The translations under genes were made by a program, and so were the position numbers. A DNA stretch of 64,000 nt from Octopus sinensis. Taxonomy: Eukaryota. The stretch's first letter is position 1, and every line of letters starts with the position of its first letter. The DNA lies in assembly GCF_006345805.1 (NCBI RefSeq), contig NC_043004.1, forward strand, positions 8,246,001-8,310,000, written 5' to 3'. Below the pieces are notes generated by a model that was not told the origin of the DNA, did not search any database, and saw only the letters and a program-made list of their open reading frames with translations. Positions 63,119 to 64,000 of the stretch are shown here, one piece after another.

Positions 63119-64000
63119 TATATCTGAACTCAGCAACTCCCTACACGATTCTATGACGGAGGATTTTCATGCGAGTTCGACTTTCTAAGAGCAACAACCG
63201 AATCTCACCCTCTCGTCTAAAAAGAGAAACAAAAATTACGATGCATTTGATAACGAAGTCCCAGTTATACTATTGCTGGAATCAGACAATATGGTCATAG
63301 CTTCAATGCCTAAACATCCTCTGATCCCATGTCTGTTCGATTAGGGTTGATCTGGTACTCAACAACATCAAGAATCCAATACGAGGAGAAAATCATACCA
63401 CCTTCGGTCGTCATTAGAAAAAAATGTCGGGGTGATATAGTGCAAAGCAGAGTATGAGAAAACATACGCACGTAAAATGTGGAAAGGTCACGGATGGAAT
63501 GTCGGCTGAGGATAACTGGGGGTTAAACAACAACATAATTTTACAATAAAAAATAAATTTGCTTTTTCATGGCTGAATTTTATTGTAGTAGATAAAATAT
63601 TAAATATTCATTTTTTGGAGCTAGATTCTTTGATTTTTTCATTATATATTTTGAGGCAACAGGAGATAGTAAGTGCTGGATTAATCAAATATATCGCTAA
63701 ATTCTGTGACAAAACAAAATTCCCTTATAAATCCCTGTCAATAAAATTTGCCCGTTTTCCTTTTAAATTGAAATAGGCCCATATAAACTGAAAACAAAAC
63801 AAAAATGCTCTTCTTTTGCAGCCAGAATCTGTTAGTAAGAACGAATAAGAGACGGAAAATATCACAGCAAAATGATGGGTTATTTTACTGCGATTTATAA
63901 AATTGTAACTGAGAAGAGTGATACAAGCAATCGGTGAAGTTCAAGACTAATCCAATTCAACGCAATGGCGTTCATTGCATTTTTCATCTGAAATAAGATG

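Overview
AT-rich, microsatellite-dense eukaryotic intergenic or intronic DNA, almost certainly from an octopus genome, judging by the recurrent tRNA-derived SINE families and the RTE, R4/Dong and Penelope-like element (PLE) mix; the species cannot be determined. There is one 100-N assembly gap (30930-31029). I find no intact protein-coding gene: nearly all listed ORFs are microsatellite or SINE read-through, and the rest are decayed transposon ORFs (R4/Dong, Tx1/L1 and RTE LINEs, PLE GIY-YIG remnants, pogo/DDE_1 and Tc1-like transposases). MITEs and a non-autonomous Helitron are also present. The most interesting signal is non-coding RNA. About ten type-I hammerhead-ribozyme-like motifs occur, most inside PLE-type inverted or direct repeats and many with unusually long stem II. 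One is a ~545-bp retrozyme-like direct-repeat unit whose hammerhead is split by a SINE 3 nt after the cleavage site. Separately, an HDV-like ribozyme fold sits at the 5' end of a non-coding RTE-like element flanked by (TATG)n. All folds and family calls were made by eye, with no database search or folding program.
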